DNA from: a virus
Virus record (IMG/VR): IMGVR_UViG_3300022890_000014
Coordinates: 32,001 to 96,000 of that record
DNA: 64,000 bases
Reading direction: 5' to 3' (one strand)
Position 1 is the first letter of the stretch, and every line of letters starts with the position of its first letter. Positions 40,451-49,954 of the stretch are shown here, in pieces. Made by a program: the position numbers and the translations under genes. The notes below the pieces were generated by a model. That model did not search any database. It was given only the letters and a program-made list of their open reading frames with translations, and had not been told where the DNA came from.

Positions 40451-40975
40451 ATGATGCTGGATACACTTATGGTTATGGATGTTGACATTCTGACAAAGCG
40501 CGTGTCAGTGGCTAGGTTCCGACTTAGACCATTAGGACTGATAGGTGTTGTATACGGAGAGTCTGAGTATCCTTATGATGATATAGCCGACATACTGAGA
40601 CAAGCAACTATATGGCAGACGTATGATAGAAACTCTATCCTACTAATACCTGATGGTGCTATGTCTCTTGAATGGTCTTCTTTCTTCTCTTGCTATGTAA
40701 AAAGAGAGAATGGTAGAGAAAAGCTAGTTAGTTACTGTGGACCGTTCGATGGATTCCATCTTGAGCCAGTATCAGATAAAATAAAGCTCTACTCTTTGTC
40801 TGGCAAGTTTATAGATATGATCGAGAAGAACCCTATAGAGAGGGAGTTGGAAGAGACTATTCTAAATAAAGAAGAGTGGGACTGGATGTCATCAGCAGCT
40901 ATAGCACACCTCTTCAATAGAGGGTTGTGCAGCGAAACCAATAACATGAACGGAGTCCCAGTGTTGAAGTTCTAG
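40451..40975 (+). CDS. Hypothetical protein
   Basis: 174 aa; AAGGA SD. Confidence 0.6.
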   Translation: MMLDTLMVMDVDILTKRVSVARFRLRPLGLIGVVYGESEYPYDDIADILRQATIWQTYDRNSILLIPDGAMSLEWSSFFSCYVKRENGREKLVSYCGPFDGFHLEPVSDKIKLYSLSGKFIDMIEKNPIERELEETILNKEEWDWMSSAAIAHLFNRGLCSETNNMNGVPVLKF

Positions 40976-41241
40976 AATAGGTCTTTTAGCTTAGGATTAA
41001 TTTTCTCACTAACAACCACTTCGTCTGCAATTTCTCCATCGTGGAATGTAATGGAAACTTTGTCAGGATTGCCTATCGAACTATTGAGAGAGACAGACCT
41101 GACTCCATTGTCCTTCATATACTTCTCAAGCTTATTGCTTGCCTTTGTCAGTCGCCTTTTTGAATCATAGAGGCGACAGTATTTTCTATGCTTATCTCTT
41201 ACCAATTGTGCTGCTTTTTTAGCGATTTCTTCTGAACTCAT
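40972..41241 (-). CDS. Small basic hypothetical protein
   Basis: 89 aa; AGGAG SD. Confidence 0.6.
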   Translation of the reverse strand: MSSEEIAKKAAQLVRDKHRKYCRLYDSKRRLTKASNKLEKYMKDNGVRSVSLNSSIGNPDKVSITFHDGEIADEVVVSEKINPKLKDLF

Positions 41242-41539
41242 TTTTTGCTTCTCCTTGTATTGTATCCATTATGCGCATAGACTTCCTTGGGTTCTCTTTG
41301 AATTCAACTTCGAGTCCAATGACCCAATCTCTGACATCTTTATCACTTTGATTTTCTACGCAATACCCCTTAAGTATTGCGATTAGTGTTTCTAAGAAGC
41401 TGGCTATATCATCATCTGCATCTTGACTACCCGATGATAACAGATCTTTCATCCATTTGTGAATCTTGAGAGAATCACTTTCAGCACTATCCATTTCGTG
41501 ATTGTATGCGGCGATAACTTTTTCTTCAATATTGAACAT
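41219..41539 (-). CDS. Hypothetical protein
   Basis: 106 aa; ACGGAG SD. Confidence 0.6.
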   Translation of the reverse strand: MFNIEEKVIAAYNHEMDSAESDSLKIHKWMKDLLSSGSQDADDDIASFLETLIAILKGYCVENQSDKDVRDWVIGLEVEFKENPRKSMRIMDTIQGEAKNEFRRNR

Positions 41540-41552
41540 CTATTTCTCCGTT

Positions 41553-41569
41553 TGCGTAAGGCTTACTCA
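41553..41569. repeat. 17-bp palindrome copy
   Basis: TGCGTAAGGCTTACTCA. Confidence 0.9.
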
Positions 41570-41636
41570 TTTCTATTCTTCTCCAATTTATAGGCTGAAT
41601 TGCCTACTAGATTACTTATACCTAGTTATTTCTCTA

Positions 41637-41653
41637 TGCAAGAAGCGTGCCAA
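41637..41653 (-). promoter_or_regulatory. sigma54 (RpoN) -24/-12 promoter motif, leftward
   Basis: TTGGCACGCTTCTTGCA matches YTGGCACG-N4-TTGCW exactly. Confidence 0.7.
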
Positions 41654-42509
41654 CTATGAATGATGTGTTATCCTAGGGGTACATAGAGCATTACTTTATG
41701 CAGATGAACATTGTATCGAACGCGCAACAGAATGCTCGCTGTGTTGCTCTCTGCTATCCTCAGAGCAATCCTAGTGGATATAATCACCTAGGGAATTGAC
41801 CAGCACGGCTCAGGATTATAATGAGGAAGCTATGAGCTAGACAATTGGTAAGCCTTACTCATGAGCCGTTTCGATTCTCACCATTACTATTTGACCAGAA
41901 GCACTCTGATAGCTCCTGACAGCAAATTCTGCATAGGCTTACATACTCATTTGATACGATGTTCATCTGGACACCTAGAATCCACTCTGTGGGCACCATA
42001 TGAAGGATTCCTATATACTCATCAATTCCTACCAAACTAGTTCCCCCTAAAACAGACTTCAGACATATATACAGCCCCGCAGGTAGGTCATGAGAACCAA
42101 ATCGGAGAAAGTGATAAAACAGTTTATTTGAGAAAACTAATACAAGGGGTAAAACTAATACAGGGGTTGGAGGGACGAGGAAGAAAAAAGAATAGTATAT
42201 ATGAATATATATTTAAGTTTATATATTTAAATATATATAGTATTATTACTGGGTGGGCTGGCTGGGGTTAGAGATTTGCGCTTAGAATGCCTTACGGATT
42301 GAGTACTTAGAATTTTTTATTGACTATTTTCTTGATACCCATTGACAAGCAAAACGCATATATACGAGCTTACGCAACTTGGAAAAACATAAGTCCTCTA
42401 TCTATTATAATTGCTCTTTTGCGCTTTTTGTGGAAACAAACTATTAATGAGTGACAAAAAACGTCACTGTGGAATCACACAAGTATATGCATTTTGTGTT
42501 TTCTATAAG

Positions 42510-42526
42510 TTGGCATACTTCTTGCA
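42510..42526 (+). promoter_or_regulatory. sigma54 (RpoN) -24/-12 promoter motif, rightward
   Basis: TTGGCATACTTCTTGCA with correct GG-N10-GC spacing; upstream of the primase-helicase. Confidence 0.65.
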
Positions 42527-42553
42527 TAGAATATTTGCATACATTTATTCAAG

Positions 42554-42570
42554 TGCGTAAGCCTTACATG
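42554..42570. repeat. 17-bp palindrome copy (degenerate right arm)
   Basis: TGCGTAAGCCTTACATG. Confidence 0.8.
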
Positions 42571-42639
42571 TGGTATAAGAATAACAGCATATCACGAACT
42601 TAATCGCCACTATAGCCATAATCATCAACCGAGGTAATA

Positions 42640-45600
42640 ATGAACAGAACTACGGTAATTCAGAGGTACTCAGAAGCTATAGCTCCGTACTACAAGCCGC
42701 ATGGTCTTGTTGAGGTATGGGCTACAGGAAGTAAGAAAAAATGGACAAGGATAAGAATAGAGAACATCTCAGCGTGGACTGAAGCTGTAGGGAATACAGA
42801 CGTACATTGTACTCTACAGCAGTTCAAGATTCATCCAACACCATTCGAGGGAAAAGACAAGCATAGTGAGCCATACATAGCTCCGATATTCTTTGAGTTC
42901 GATGCATCAGAAAAGAGAGGGACAACACTAGAAGACTCTCGTAAGGATGCAATGAAGCTATGCACGTTCATTATAAACTCTGTCAATCCAGCCAAAGGAG
43001 TGTTGCGTATCTGGTACTCGGGGAGTCGAGGCTTCCACATTACAATAGATCCTCGTATGTTTGGCATACTACCAGACCCAGAACTACACATGTTCTACAA
43101 GGTTATTGCATTCCATTACGCAGAATTACTTAACTTGAAAACTCTAGACGAACAGGTGTATTCTGTACGAAGAACATTTAGGTTGCCAGATTCTAAGCGA
43201 AGTACTCAATGGGAGAGGGGTAAAGGAGACCTTGTAGACCAGCACAAGGTCGAGATAGAGTTCAATGAACTAGACATGATGTCTGTCGATGAGATACGAG
43301 AATTAGGAAGTGAGCCAAGAGGAGCACTATATAGTGACGAAGAGCTTGCTAGTATAGAGTTCAACCCAGACAGCACAAAATGGCTAAGGCATGCATACCA
43401 AGAGTTTCAGAATGAAAAAAGACTGAAAAACACGTCAAATAAGACTAAGGTTGTCATCAAAGCTGCTGATGACCAATCATTCCCAATATGTATAAAAGCT
43501 ATACTTGAATATGAGTTCGCAACAGACAAGCGCAATAAAGCCTGTTTGTCGTTGCTTTGTTTCCTAAATGATAGTGGTCGGTCGTATGATGACTCATGGG
43601 CTATCATTGAGGAATGGACAAGAGGTATTCCCTGGGACACTAAAAAAGAGGAAGAAAGAGTAGCAAACGCAAGAGCAATCATGCGTCGTGTGTTTACTGA
43701 AGACTCTATATACAACTTCGAGTGTCAATTTATCAGGTCGTGTGCTGGTGTTAACAACTCAAATAACGAGGTGTCAATACCATGTCTATACAACAACTGT
43801 AAGTTTGTCGAGAGTTCTGAGACAAGTTCAAGTGATGCTCCTAGAATTGAGCTTCAAGAATTCATCAGACCTGAGTACAATCGGACTCCGTGTAAGGCTT
43901 ACGCACACCTAATTGGCTTCATGGATAGAGCATTTTCTGTTCCAGCACAAGTAAGACTTAGTTGTCCTCATATTCTCAGTGATGGGAATACTCATCTTGT
44001 TCTTTGCGATACATGTGCAATGCCTAGTACTTCTGAGCAAATAAGCAGCGAAGATACACACGGGCAGGCATTGTCTAGAACAATGGAGATAAACCTCTTA
44101 CGTAATGGACTAGCCTTAATTGACGTGACATCTAAGATGAAGAAAGGGATGATACGTAGCTTGGCTGGTATTCATCCAAAGTGCCAGTCGTGGAGGATGG
44201 AAGAGGTTCAGAGTGCCACTATTAGACAGGTGATGCTTAAACCTCCATCAATTGATGAGTCGTCGTCTTCAGTATGGGATGCAGAAAGCTTTGAGGCTAA
44301 AAAGCAAGTAGGATTCCTAGCTACTAGAGAAGAAGACTCTATCTTGTCAAAAGAGAATACCGAAGTAGAGATTGTTGCTATGCCAATGGCATCACCTAAA
44401 GACCAGAGTATTCATCTTGCTATTTCTGGCATGACTAGTAGTGAGTCTGACTTAGATAAGTTTACAGTCACAGACGAGCTAAAGGAGCAACTATACTCTA
44501 TACATGCTGTAAAAGAAGGAGATACGGTAGAAGGTAAAGTCTTTGATAGAATACAGAAGATTGCATCACATATAGGTATTAGAGGAAGAGATGAGTTGAT
44601 ACTAGCAATGGACTTGGTGTTTCACTCAACTATGGCAGTAAAGCTAAGTGAGAAGGACATCGAAGAAAGAGGCTGGATGCAGTTGCTAGTCGTTGGAGAT
44701 CCAGGGCAAGGCAAGAGTAGTATCAGCAAAAGCCTCATGCGACATTACAATCTTGGACGCTCGATAGAATGTGGAGGCGCATCACGCACAGGCATCGTAT
44801 ATAGTATTGACATTACAAAGTACGGAAAAATGCTTGTTTGGGGTGTACTACCACAAGAGGATAGGCGACTGGTTGTAATAGATGAGTTCCACCAGTTAGA
44901 CGCAGAAGACCTTGAGATGATGACAGGTATGAGATCGTCAGGAATAGTAAAGGTCAATCGTATAGTTAGTGGAACAACACTATGTAGAACCAGAATGATA
45001 TTCCTTGCGAACCCTCCTGGTGATGGCAAGCTAGATGGGTACAGCTTCGGAATCAAGGCTATTAATGCGGTTATGACTAAGCAGCAAGATATACGCAGAC
45101 TTGACCTAGCTTCTATATGTAGGTCTGGTGATGTTAGCTTGGAAGATCTTAATAAGGTCTCTACAGATGGAGACTACGGAGAATATGAACCAAACTCTTG
45201 CAAGAACCTAATCTTATGGGCATGGACAAGGAAGACAGAACATATCAAATGGACTGAGCAGGCTGTTACTACTCTGATGAAGCAGTCTATTGATATAGCT
45301 AGATGGCTTGAGTGCGACATATCACTTGCAGAAGGTAGCGACATGAGATTCAGGCTTGCTAGGATAGCTCAGTCTGTTGCAGCCATGTGCTACTCATCTG
45401 ATTCCGAAGGCGAGAACCTTTGGATAAAACCAGAACATGTTGAGTTCGCAGCAGATGTATTTGTGCAATTGTCTACATCTGTTGGCAAAATGAACCTTCA
45501 TGTATATGCAAAGTCGTGGCAAGCAAGAAACACACTAACCGACAAGCAAAGAGAGGACTTAGGCAGAACACTAACTGGTAATACATGGTTCTTGGTGTTC

Positions 45601-45867
45601 TGTGATCACATGCTAACTCACGACTTCTTTCGCAAGGAAGATGTATCTGTATTGGTCGATATGGACGTTGAAGACTTTAAGGAGCTATGGAAGTTCCTTA
45701 TCCGTTCAAACATGATAGAACAAGCTAAGGGCGGCAGAGGATTCAGAAAGAACCCTAAGTTCACCCTGTGGCTAGGAGAACATATAAAAGGGATGAAGCC
45801 AGAAGAAATATCTAACTCTGTAACTCTTTCTGGAGATCAGTATCTTGGTGATGCTGAGTATGAATGA
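42640..45867 (+). CDS. AEP-type primase fused to MCM-family AAA+ helicase
   Basis: AEP motifs FFEFD, YSGSRGFH, FRLP; Cys-rich linker; MCM-like Walker A VGDPGQGKS, IDEF, ANP sensor, RRLD arginine finger. Confidence 0.85.
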   Translation: MNRTTVIQRYSEAIAPYYKPHGLVEVWATGSKKKWTRIRIENISAWTEAVGNTDVHCTLQQFKIHPTPFEGKDKHSEPYIAPIFFEFDASEKRGTTLEDSRKDAMKLCTFIINSVNPAKGVLRIWYSGSRGFHITIDPRMFGILPDPELHMFYKVIAFHYAELLNLKTLDEQVYSVRRTFRLPDSKRSTQWERGKGDLVDQHKVEIEFNELDMMSVDEIRELGSEPRGALYSDEELASIEFNPDSTKWLRHAYQEFQNEKRLKNTSNKTKVVIKAADDQSFPICIKAILEYEFATDKRNKACLSLLCFLNDSGRSYDDSWAIIEEWTRGIPWDTKKEEERVANARAIMRRVFTEDSIYNFECQFIRSCAGVNNSNNEVSIPCLYNNCKFVESSETSSSDAPRIELQEFIRPEYNRTPCKAYAHLIGFMDRAFSVPAQVRLSCPHILSDGNTHLVLCDTCAMPSTSEQISSEDTHGQALSRTMEINLLRNGLALIDVTSKMKKGMIRSLAGIHPKCQSWRMEEVQSATIRQVMLKPPSIDESSSSVWDAESFEAKKQVGFLATREEDSILSKENTEVEIVAMPMASPKDQSIHLAISGMTSSESDLDKFTVTDELKEQLYSIHAVKEGDTVEGKVFDRIQKIASHIGIRGRDELILAMDLVFHSTMAVKLSEKDIEERGWMQLLVVGDPGQGKSSISKSLMRHYNLGRSIECGGASRTGIVYSIDITKYGKMLVWGVLPQEDRRLVVIDEFHQLDAEDLEMMTGMRSSGIVKVNRIVSGTTLCRTRMIFLANPPGDGKLDGYSFGIKAINAVMTKQQDIRRLDLASICRSGDVSLEDLNKVSTDGDYGEYEPNSCKNLILWAWTRKTEHIKWTEQAVTTLMKQSIDIARWLECDISLAEGSDMRFRLARIAQSVAAMCYSSDSEGENLWIKPEHVEFAADVFVQLSTSVGKMNLHVYAKSWQARNTLTDKQREDLGRTLTGNTWFLVFCDHMLTHDFFRKEDVSVLVDMDVEDFKELWKFLIRSNMIEQAKGGRGFRKNPKFTLWLGEHIKGMKPEEISNSVTLSGDQYLGDAEYE
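43889..43905. repeat. 17-bp palindrome copy (intragenic)
   Basis: CGTGTAAGGCTTACGCA in the primase-helicase (PCKAYA). Confidence 0.85.
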
Positions 45868-45926
45868 TAGGTGTAAAATTCCTATTGACTTAATCACTAC
45901 GATGTGAGATAGTGCCTGTTGGTACT

Positions 45927-45964
45927 AAGAGCAAGGTGTACCAGATATATCTTGCTCTTTTTTT
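45927..45964 (+). terminator. Rho-independent terminator
   Basis: AAGAGCAAGGTGTA-CCAGA-TATATCTTGCTCTT plus T-tract. Confidence 0.7.
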
Positions 45965-45974
45965 AATGCGTAAG

Positions 45975-46005
45975 AAGTATCATGTAAGTATCATGTAAGT
46001 ATTAC
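45975..46005. repeat. Tandem 11-mer AAGTATCATGT x2 plus a partial copy
   Basis: Seen directly, between a palindrome half-site (45967) and a full copy (46007). Confidence 0.8.
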
Positions 46006-46006
46006 T

Positions 46007-46023
46007 TACGTAAGGCTTACGCA
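46007..46023. repeat. 17-bp palindrome copy
   Basis: TACGTAAGGCTTACGCA. Confidence 0.9.
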
Positions 46024-46040
46024 AACAATTGGAGAAGGTA

Positions 46041-47270
46041 ATGAGCAAAGAAGTTATTGATAAGAACAAAAAAGAGTTTAGTGAGGCTGTTATGAATAAT
46101 GATAGGCTAAAGATTGCCGAACTGACTAAAGGCGACAAAGAGATTGAAGTCAGCAGCATGTTCGATGATGACGAAGAGATTGAGATTTCTGGAGATCTCG
46201 GTGTTACGAATCCAGATGAATACAGAGAGATGGCTGCGGAGCTAACCAAAGGTACAACCCATAAGAAAGTCAACGATTCAGATTTAATGAAGGATCAGAG
46301 AGTAATCAACCTACTCACAGAAAAGATCCCAGAAGTTGGAGGACTGTACAAAGAGTATCCAGAAGACTTCAGCATGAAGGATGTCATCTCAGAAACAATG
46401 AAGCTTATCTTCTTGACCGCTGGCATGGCTAAAGAGTCCGGTATCTCACTTGGTGCTATCGAAAACGATTCTGAAAGTCTCAGCAGATTCGTTGGCACGA
46501 TCTCTGACGAAATACAAGAACGACTAAACATCTATCGCCCAGCAGGAAAAGATGCTGCCAGAATCCGCATGGGTGAGTGGCTTGTGTCAAACTCTGACAA
46601 TCAAGTTATGTTTGTCAATGCTTTGTCTGGTTTTCCCGATGGAAGCTTGGCTTATATTATAGCTGGAGCAAACGAAGAGTTCGTTACTCTTGAAATCGAT
46701 CCTGATGTTGTTGGCCTGTATTCCTTCTATGGTGAGAATGGATTCAGCAAAAACATTAAACCAGACCAGAAACAACTCAAGCCCGCTATCTTTATTAAGA
46801 GATGGGATGAGATTCTTGAGTACGGATTCTGCCTAACAAAGAGAGTCGATCTTGTTGACGGTATGCATCCAGAAGCTTCTACTCCAGAAGAAAACAAAAG
46901 AGGTGCTGTTAGTTATCCTGAAGTAGCACCAGGAGCAGAAGCAGGTTCTATCGTGTATCCAGAGAGTCTTCTTCCTACAGAGCCTATTCTTAAGAAGAAA
47001 ATGGAGAGTGACTTCAATGACCTCTCTTCAGAAGATAAAAACAAAATTGCAACGCTATCTCTAACGGATGGAAATTCTGCTATTGAGATATGTGTCAGAA
47101 ATAATGTCGATCCAAGCTCGTTTGTCAGAGCCATGTCTCAGAATGGGTACAGCATCGATAAAGAACACGGTGTGTTTGTGACAACTCCTGCTGAAGCACC
47201 TGTTGTCGATGAAACACCAGAAGACAACACAGGCAACGCACTTAGCTCTATGATGAACTTCATGGGATAG
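46041..47270 (+). CDS. Acidic hypothetical protein
   Basis: About 409 aa from ATG after GGAG SD. Confidence 0.7.
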   Translation: MSKEVIDKNKKEFSEAVMNNDRLKIAELTKGDKEIEVSSMFDDDEEIEISGDLGVTNPDEYREMAAELTKGTTHKKVNDSDLMKDQRVINLLTEKIPEVGGLYKEYPEDFSMKDVISETMKLIFLTAGMAKESGISLGAIENDSESLSRFVGTISDEIQERLNIYRPAGKDAARIRMGEWLVSNSDNQVMFVNALSGFPDGSLAYIIAGANEEFVTLEIDPDVVGLYSFYGENGFSKNIKPDQKQLKPAIFIKRWDEILEYGFCLTKRVDLVDGMHPEASTPEENKRGAVSYPEVAPGAEAGSIVYPESLLPTEPILKKKMESDFNDLSSEDKNKIATLSLTDGNSAIEICVRNNVDPSSFVRAMSQNGYSIDKEHGVFVTTPAEAPVVDETPEDNTGNALSSMMNFMG

Positions 47271-47309
47271 ATTAACTACCTCTTCACACAAAACACGGAG
47301 AAATAAAAG

Positions 47310-48209
47310 ATGAGTACAGGATCTCCAGAATACTTTCAGGTTCCAGTAGAAGGAGAGGTGGTTGATAGGTTAGCTGGCATAGCTTCTGATCTAAACCTTC
47401 CTGATGTAGCCTCTATTGTTAACGGAATATTGAAGGAAAAAATCTTTCAGATCACTGGTGAGAATCTAGCTAAACCAGTGGTTCAAAAACCAAGCGTAAG
47501 CCTTACGCAACCACAAAATCCCTCTGTCGATGTTATGAATCTAGCAGATGAGCTTATTGCTGCTTCATCGAATGATGGGATGCTCAGTAACTCTCTCGGT
47601 CCATCACTGAATAGTGAAGCCACTCTAAACGATCTTCCTAGTTCACTACAGAAGCAAGCGGCTACTTACGTTGCACCTGCTCCTACTCCAAATGACAACC
47701 AGGTAAATACTCAGGATAGCGAAATAAAGAACATGTTGATGTCTCTATCAAATGAAATCAGGACAATTGGAAGTAGAGTAGAGTCGATTGAAGGAGCACA
47801 GAAACCTGTCCCTTTCGTCCAAGCGGGGAAAAAATCTTCTAGACCTGAAGATTCTCCGCATTGGAGAGCCGATGGTGTTCCCCCAGGTTTGTATCCAAGA
47901 TGCGCAGAGACATTTGTGATGGACCCAACGGTTAAACCTGCTACAAGCGATAGATGCACTCCGTATACTCAGGTAAACAATGCCGAAGGTAGATCTATTC
48001 ATAGATTCCTTGGCTGGAGAAGCCCACCAAAGAAGACACAAGGAAGACAGGCTGCACCTGTTGTTAACCATAAGCTTCCACCTTCCATAAGGGAGGCCCC
48101 TGTAGCATGGCATCACTCTTCGATGTTTCCAGATCATAAATCTACCCAGGTAGAGTATCCCACTGATGACAAGAAGGGTAAACGAAGAATTTTCATTAGT
48201 CCTGGTTGA
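47310..48209 (+). CDS. Hypothetical protein (largely low-complexity, P/Q/S-rich)
   Basis: ACGGAG SD; 299 aa. Confidence 0.65.
   Translation: MSTGSPEYFQVPVEGEVVDRLAGIASDLNLPDVASIVNGILKEKIFQITGENLAKPVVQKPSVSLTQPQNPSVDVMNLADELIAASSNDGMLSNSLGPSLNSEATLNDLPSSLQKQAATYVAPAPTPNDNQVNTQDSEIKNMLMSLSNEIRTIGSRVESIEGAQKPVPFVQAGKKSSRPEDSPHWRADGVPPGLYPRCAETFVMDPTVKPATSDRCTPYTQVNNAEGRSIHRFLGWRSPPKKTQGRQAAPVVNHKLPPSIREAPVAWHHSSMFPDHKSTQVEYPTDDKKGKRRIFISPG
47493..47509. repeat. 17-bp palindrome copy (intragenic)
   Basis: AGCGTAAGCCTTACGCA, encodes SVSLTQ. Confidence 0.95.
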
Positions 48210-48284
48210 TGACTATGAGAAATCTGGTATAAGTCTTCTGTAAGTGTTAGTCATATTAATTGCTAATTTGGAGAAGAAAAAAGC

Positions 48285-49703
48285 ATGCTGATGATTATTC
48301 GCAAGGAAGCCCAGAGGGCCAACCACATTAGAATTGGTGTACCTTCTGGGCAAGAGGTTGCTTCTACCAGAGTCAAAGGTAAGAAAGCTGCAATCAAGAA
48401 GCTTCCATTCTTTCAGTTCTGCAACACCGTAAGAAACGACCAGGGGTACTATGACCTTGACCATGAGATGCACGAAAAGATTGGTCCAGAGCCAGAGAGT
48501 TTTGGTCCTGTCTTTCTGACAAGCGACCATATCCATGAGTGTATCGAGTCTGGGTTTAGCTTTTGGAAAGGCCCAGGAGGAAAAGGAAAGCTATTTTGTG
48601 GTCGAGCCCTTAGTGTTTTCGACGAGGGTGTTATTCGCACTGGTAATGCCTCAAGAAGAAGAGGTGAAGACTTCTTTGACTTTGAATGTAATGCAAATGA
48701 ATGCCCTGACTTCAAAAGTGGTTCATGCGGCATCTTCACTAAGTACAAGTTTTTCCATCCAGAAACAATACGGTTTGGCGAGTGTGACATGACTATAAAG
48801 TCATACCGTGGAATGGGAGCAATGATAGGTTTCCTTTCTACCATCATGTCTACCGGACTATTCAAGATTGATGTTGAAAGAGGCATCATACATGGTCTCT
48901 CTAAGATACCAATCATGTTTGAGATGAGAGGAATGACCATTACTAACAATGGATACACCTCTAAGGCTTGGTATCCAACACCAGTTGTCTACAATGATAC
49001 AAAAAAGCCAGCACTACTTCTCGTAAAGAGTATAGCGGAAAGTATTGTAAAGCAGACCCAAAACCTGCTGGGTCCAGTAGTCTCCAATCAAGTAAGAATG
49101 ATTGAGGGAATCAAGTCAAATGAGAACATTGATCTTGAAGACTTCCTAGAGGTTATAGATGAGCCAGATAAAAAAGATAAAAAAACCCTTGACTATCCTC
49201 AAGAATCTGATAAGGTAAGTAAAGAGTTAGCTGATGCAGACAGAGCAATCAAGGAACAGCAGAATATAGAAGCAGCCAACATCAGTGCTCAAAAACTCAG
49301 AGATATGCAGGCCCCACAAGCAGCAGTCGAACAAGTTGTTCCAGAACCAGTGAAAACAGTAGCTCCTATACCAACACCAAGCGAGCCAACACCTGAACCA
49401 CAACAAGAGCAAGAATCAACACAGGAAGGTTTTCATATCTTCTCTGCTAACAATCAAGAGGGGACTATTAATAGATACCTTCTTGATCAATTAGAGAGTA
49501 GATTCATCCTGAAGGCAACATCAAAAGAGCATGGAACAATATCTGTTCTTTCTTGGGGTCCAAATCGCACAGAAATTGACATAGCCCTCTCTTCAAAGGA
49601 ACTTGCAGACAGGTTCGAGAAGTCAGGATGGAAGATTCCGAAGCTATTCTTTATGGCTGATGGCAGAGGACTTGACGTAGCATACGAGAAGTTGAGCAAA
49701 TGA
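48285..49703 (+). CDS. Gp3-like recombination (RDF/ssDNA-annealing-like) protein
   Basis: IRIG...KLPFF...GPEP...LFC...C...C.....C pattern recalled for the Gp3-like family; replication/recombination context. Confidence 0.5.
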   Translation: MLMIIRKEAQRANHIRIGVPSGQEVASTRVKGKKAAIKKLPFFQFCNTVRNDQGYYDLDHEMHEKIGPEPESFGPVFLTSDHIHECIESGFSFWKGPGGKGKLFCGRALSVFDEGVIRTGNASRRRGEDFFDFECNANECPDFKSGSCGIFTKYKFFHPETIRFGECDMTIKSYRGMGAMIGFLSTIMSTGLFKIDVERGIIHGLSKIPIMFEMRGMTITNNGYTSKAWYPTPVVYNDTKKPALLLVKSIAESIVKQTQNLLGPVVSNQVRMIEGIKSNENIDLEDFLEVIDEPDKKDKKTLDYPQESDKVSKELADADRAIKEQQNIEAANISAQKLRDMQAPQAAVEQVVPEPVKTVAPIPTPSEPTPEPQQEQESTQEGFHIFSANNQEGTINRYLLDQLESRFILKATSKEHGTISVLSWGPNRTEIDIALSSKELADRFEKSGWKIPKLFFMADGRGLDVAYEKLSK

Positions 49704-49954
49704 CAAGAACAGGAAAATTGGTACAAGATACTCGCAAGAAAAGAATTTTGAAAGTAGAGTGTGCCAATTCGACTGTTATCATTATTGGCGCTAATGATAA
49801 CATCGCAAACATCCTAGAAGGTGGAGCCTTGGTTGACGGTAAAGCGCCTATGCAATTGCGTTGCATACATGAAATAGATTGGGTTGAAGGAGAAATCAAC
49901 CTAATCAGTAAGAAGAAACTGTTTCCTCCAGTTCTAAACGAAGAGGTTGCGTAA
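49700..49954 (+). CDS. Small hypothetical protein
   Basis: ATGA overlap; stop codon inside a palindrome copy. Confidence 0.55.
   Translation: MTRTGKLVQDTRKKRILKVECANSTVIIIGANDNIANILEGGALVDGKAPMQLRCIHEIDWVEGEINLISKKKLFPPVLNEEVA

Larger units (their letters stand above)
41570..42639. other. Long non-coding region, candidate replication origin/control region
   Basis: No ORF of 60 aa or more; AT-rich tract at about 42191-42249; direct and inverted repeats; sits directly upstream of the primase-helicase between divergent genes. Confidence 0.5.
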
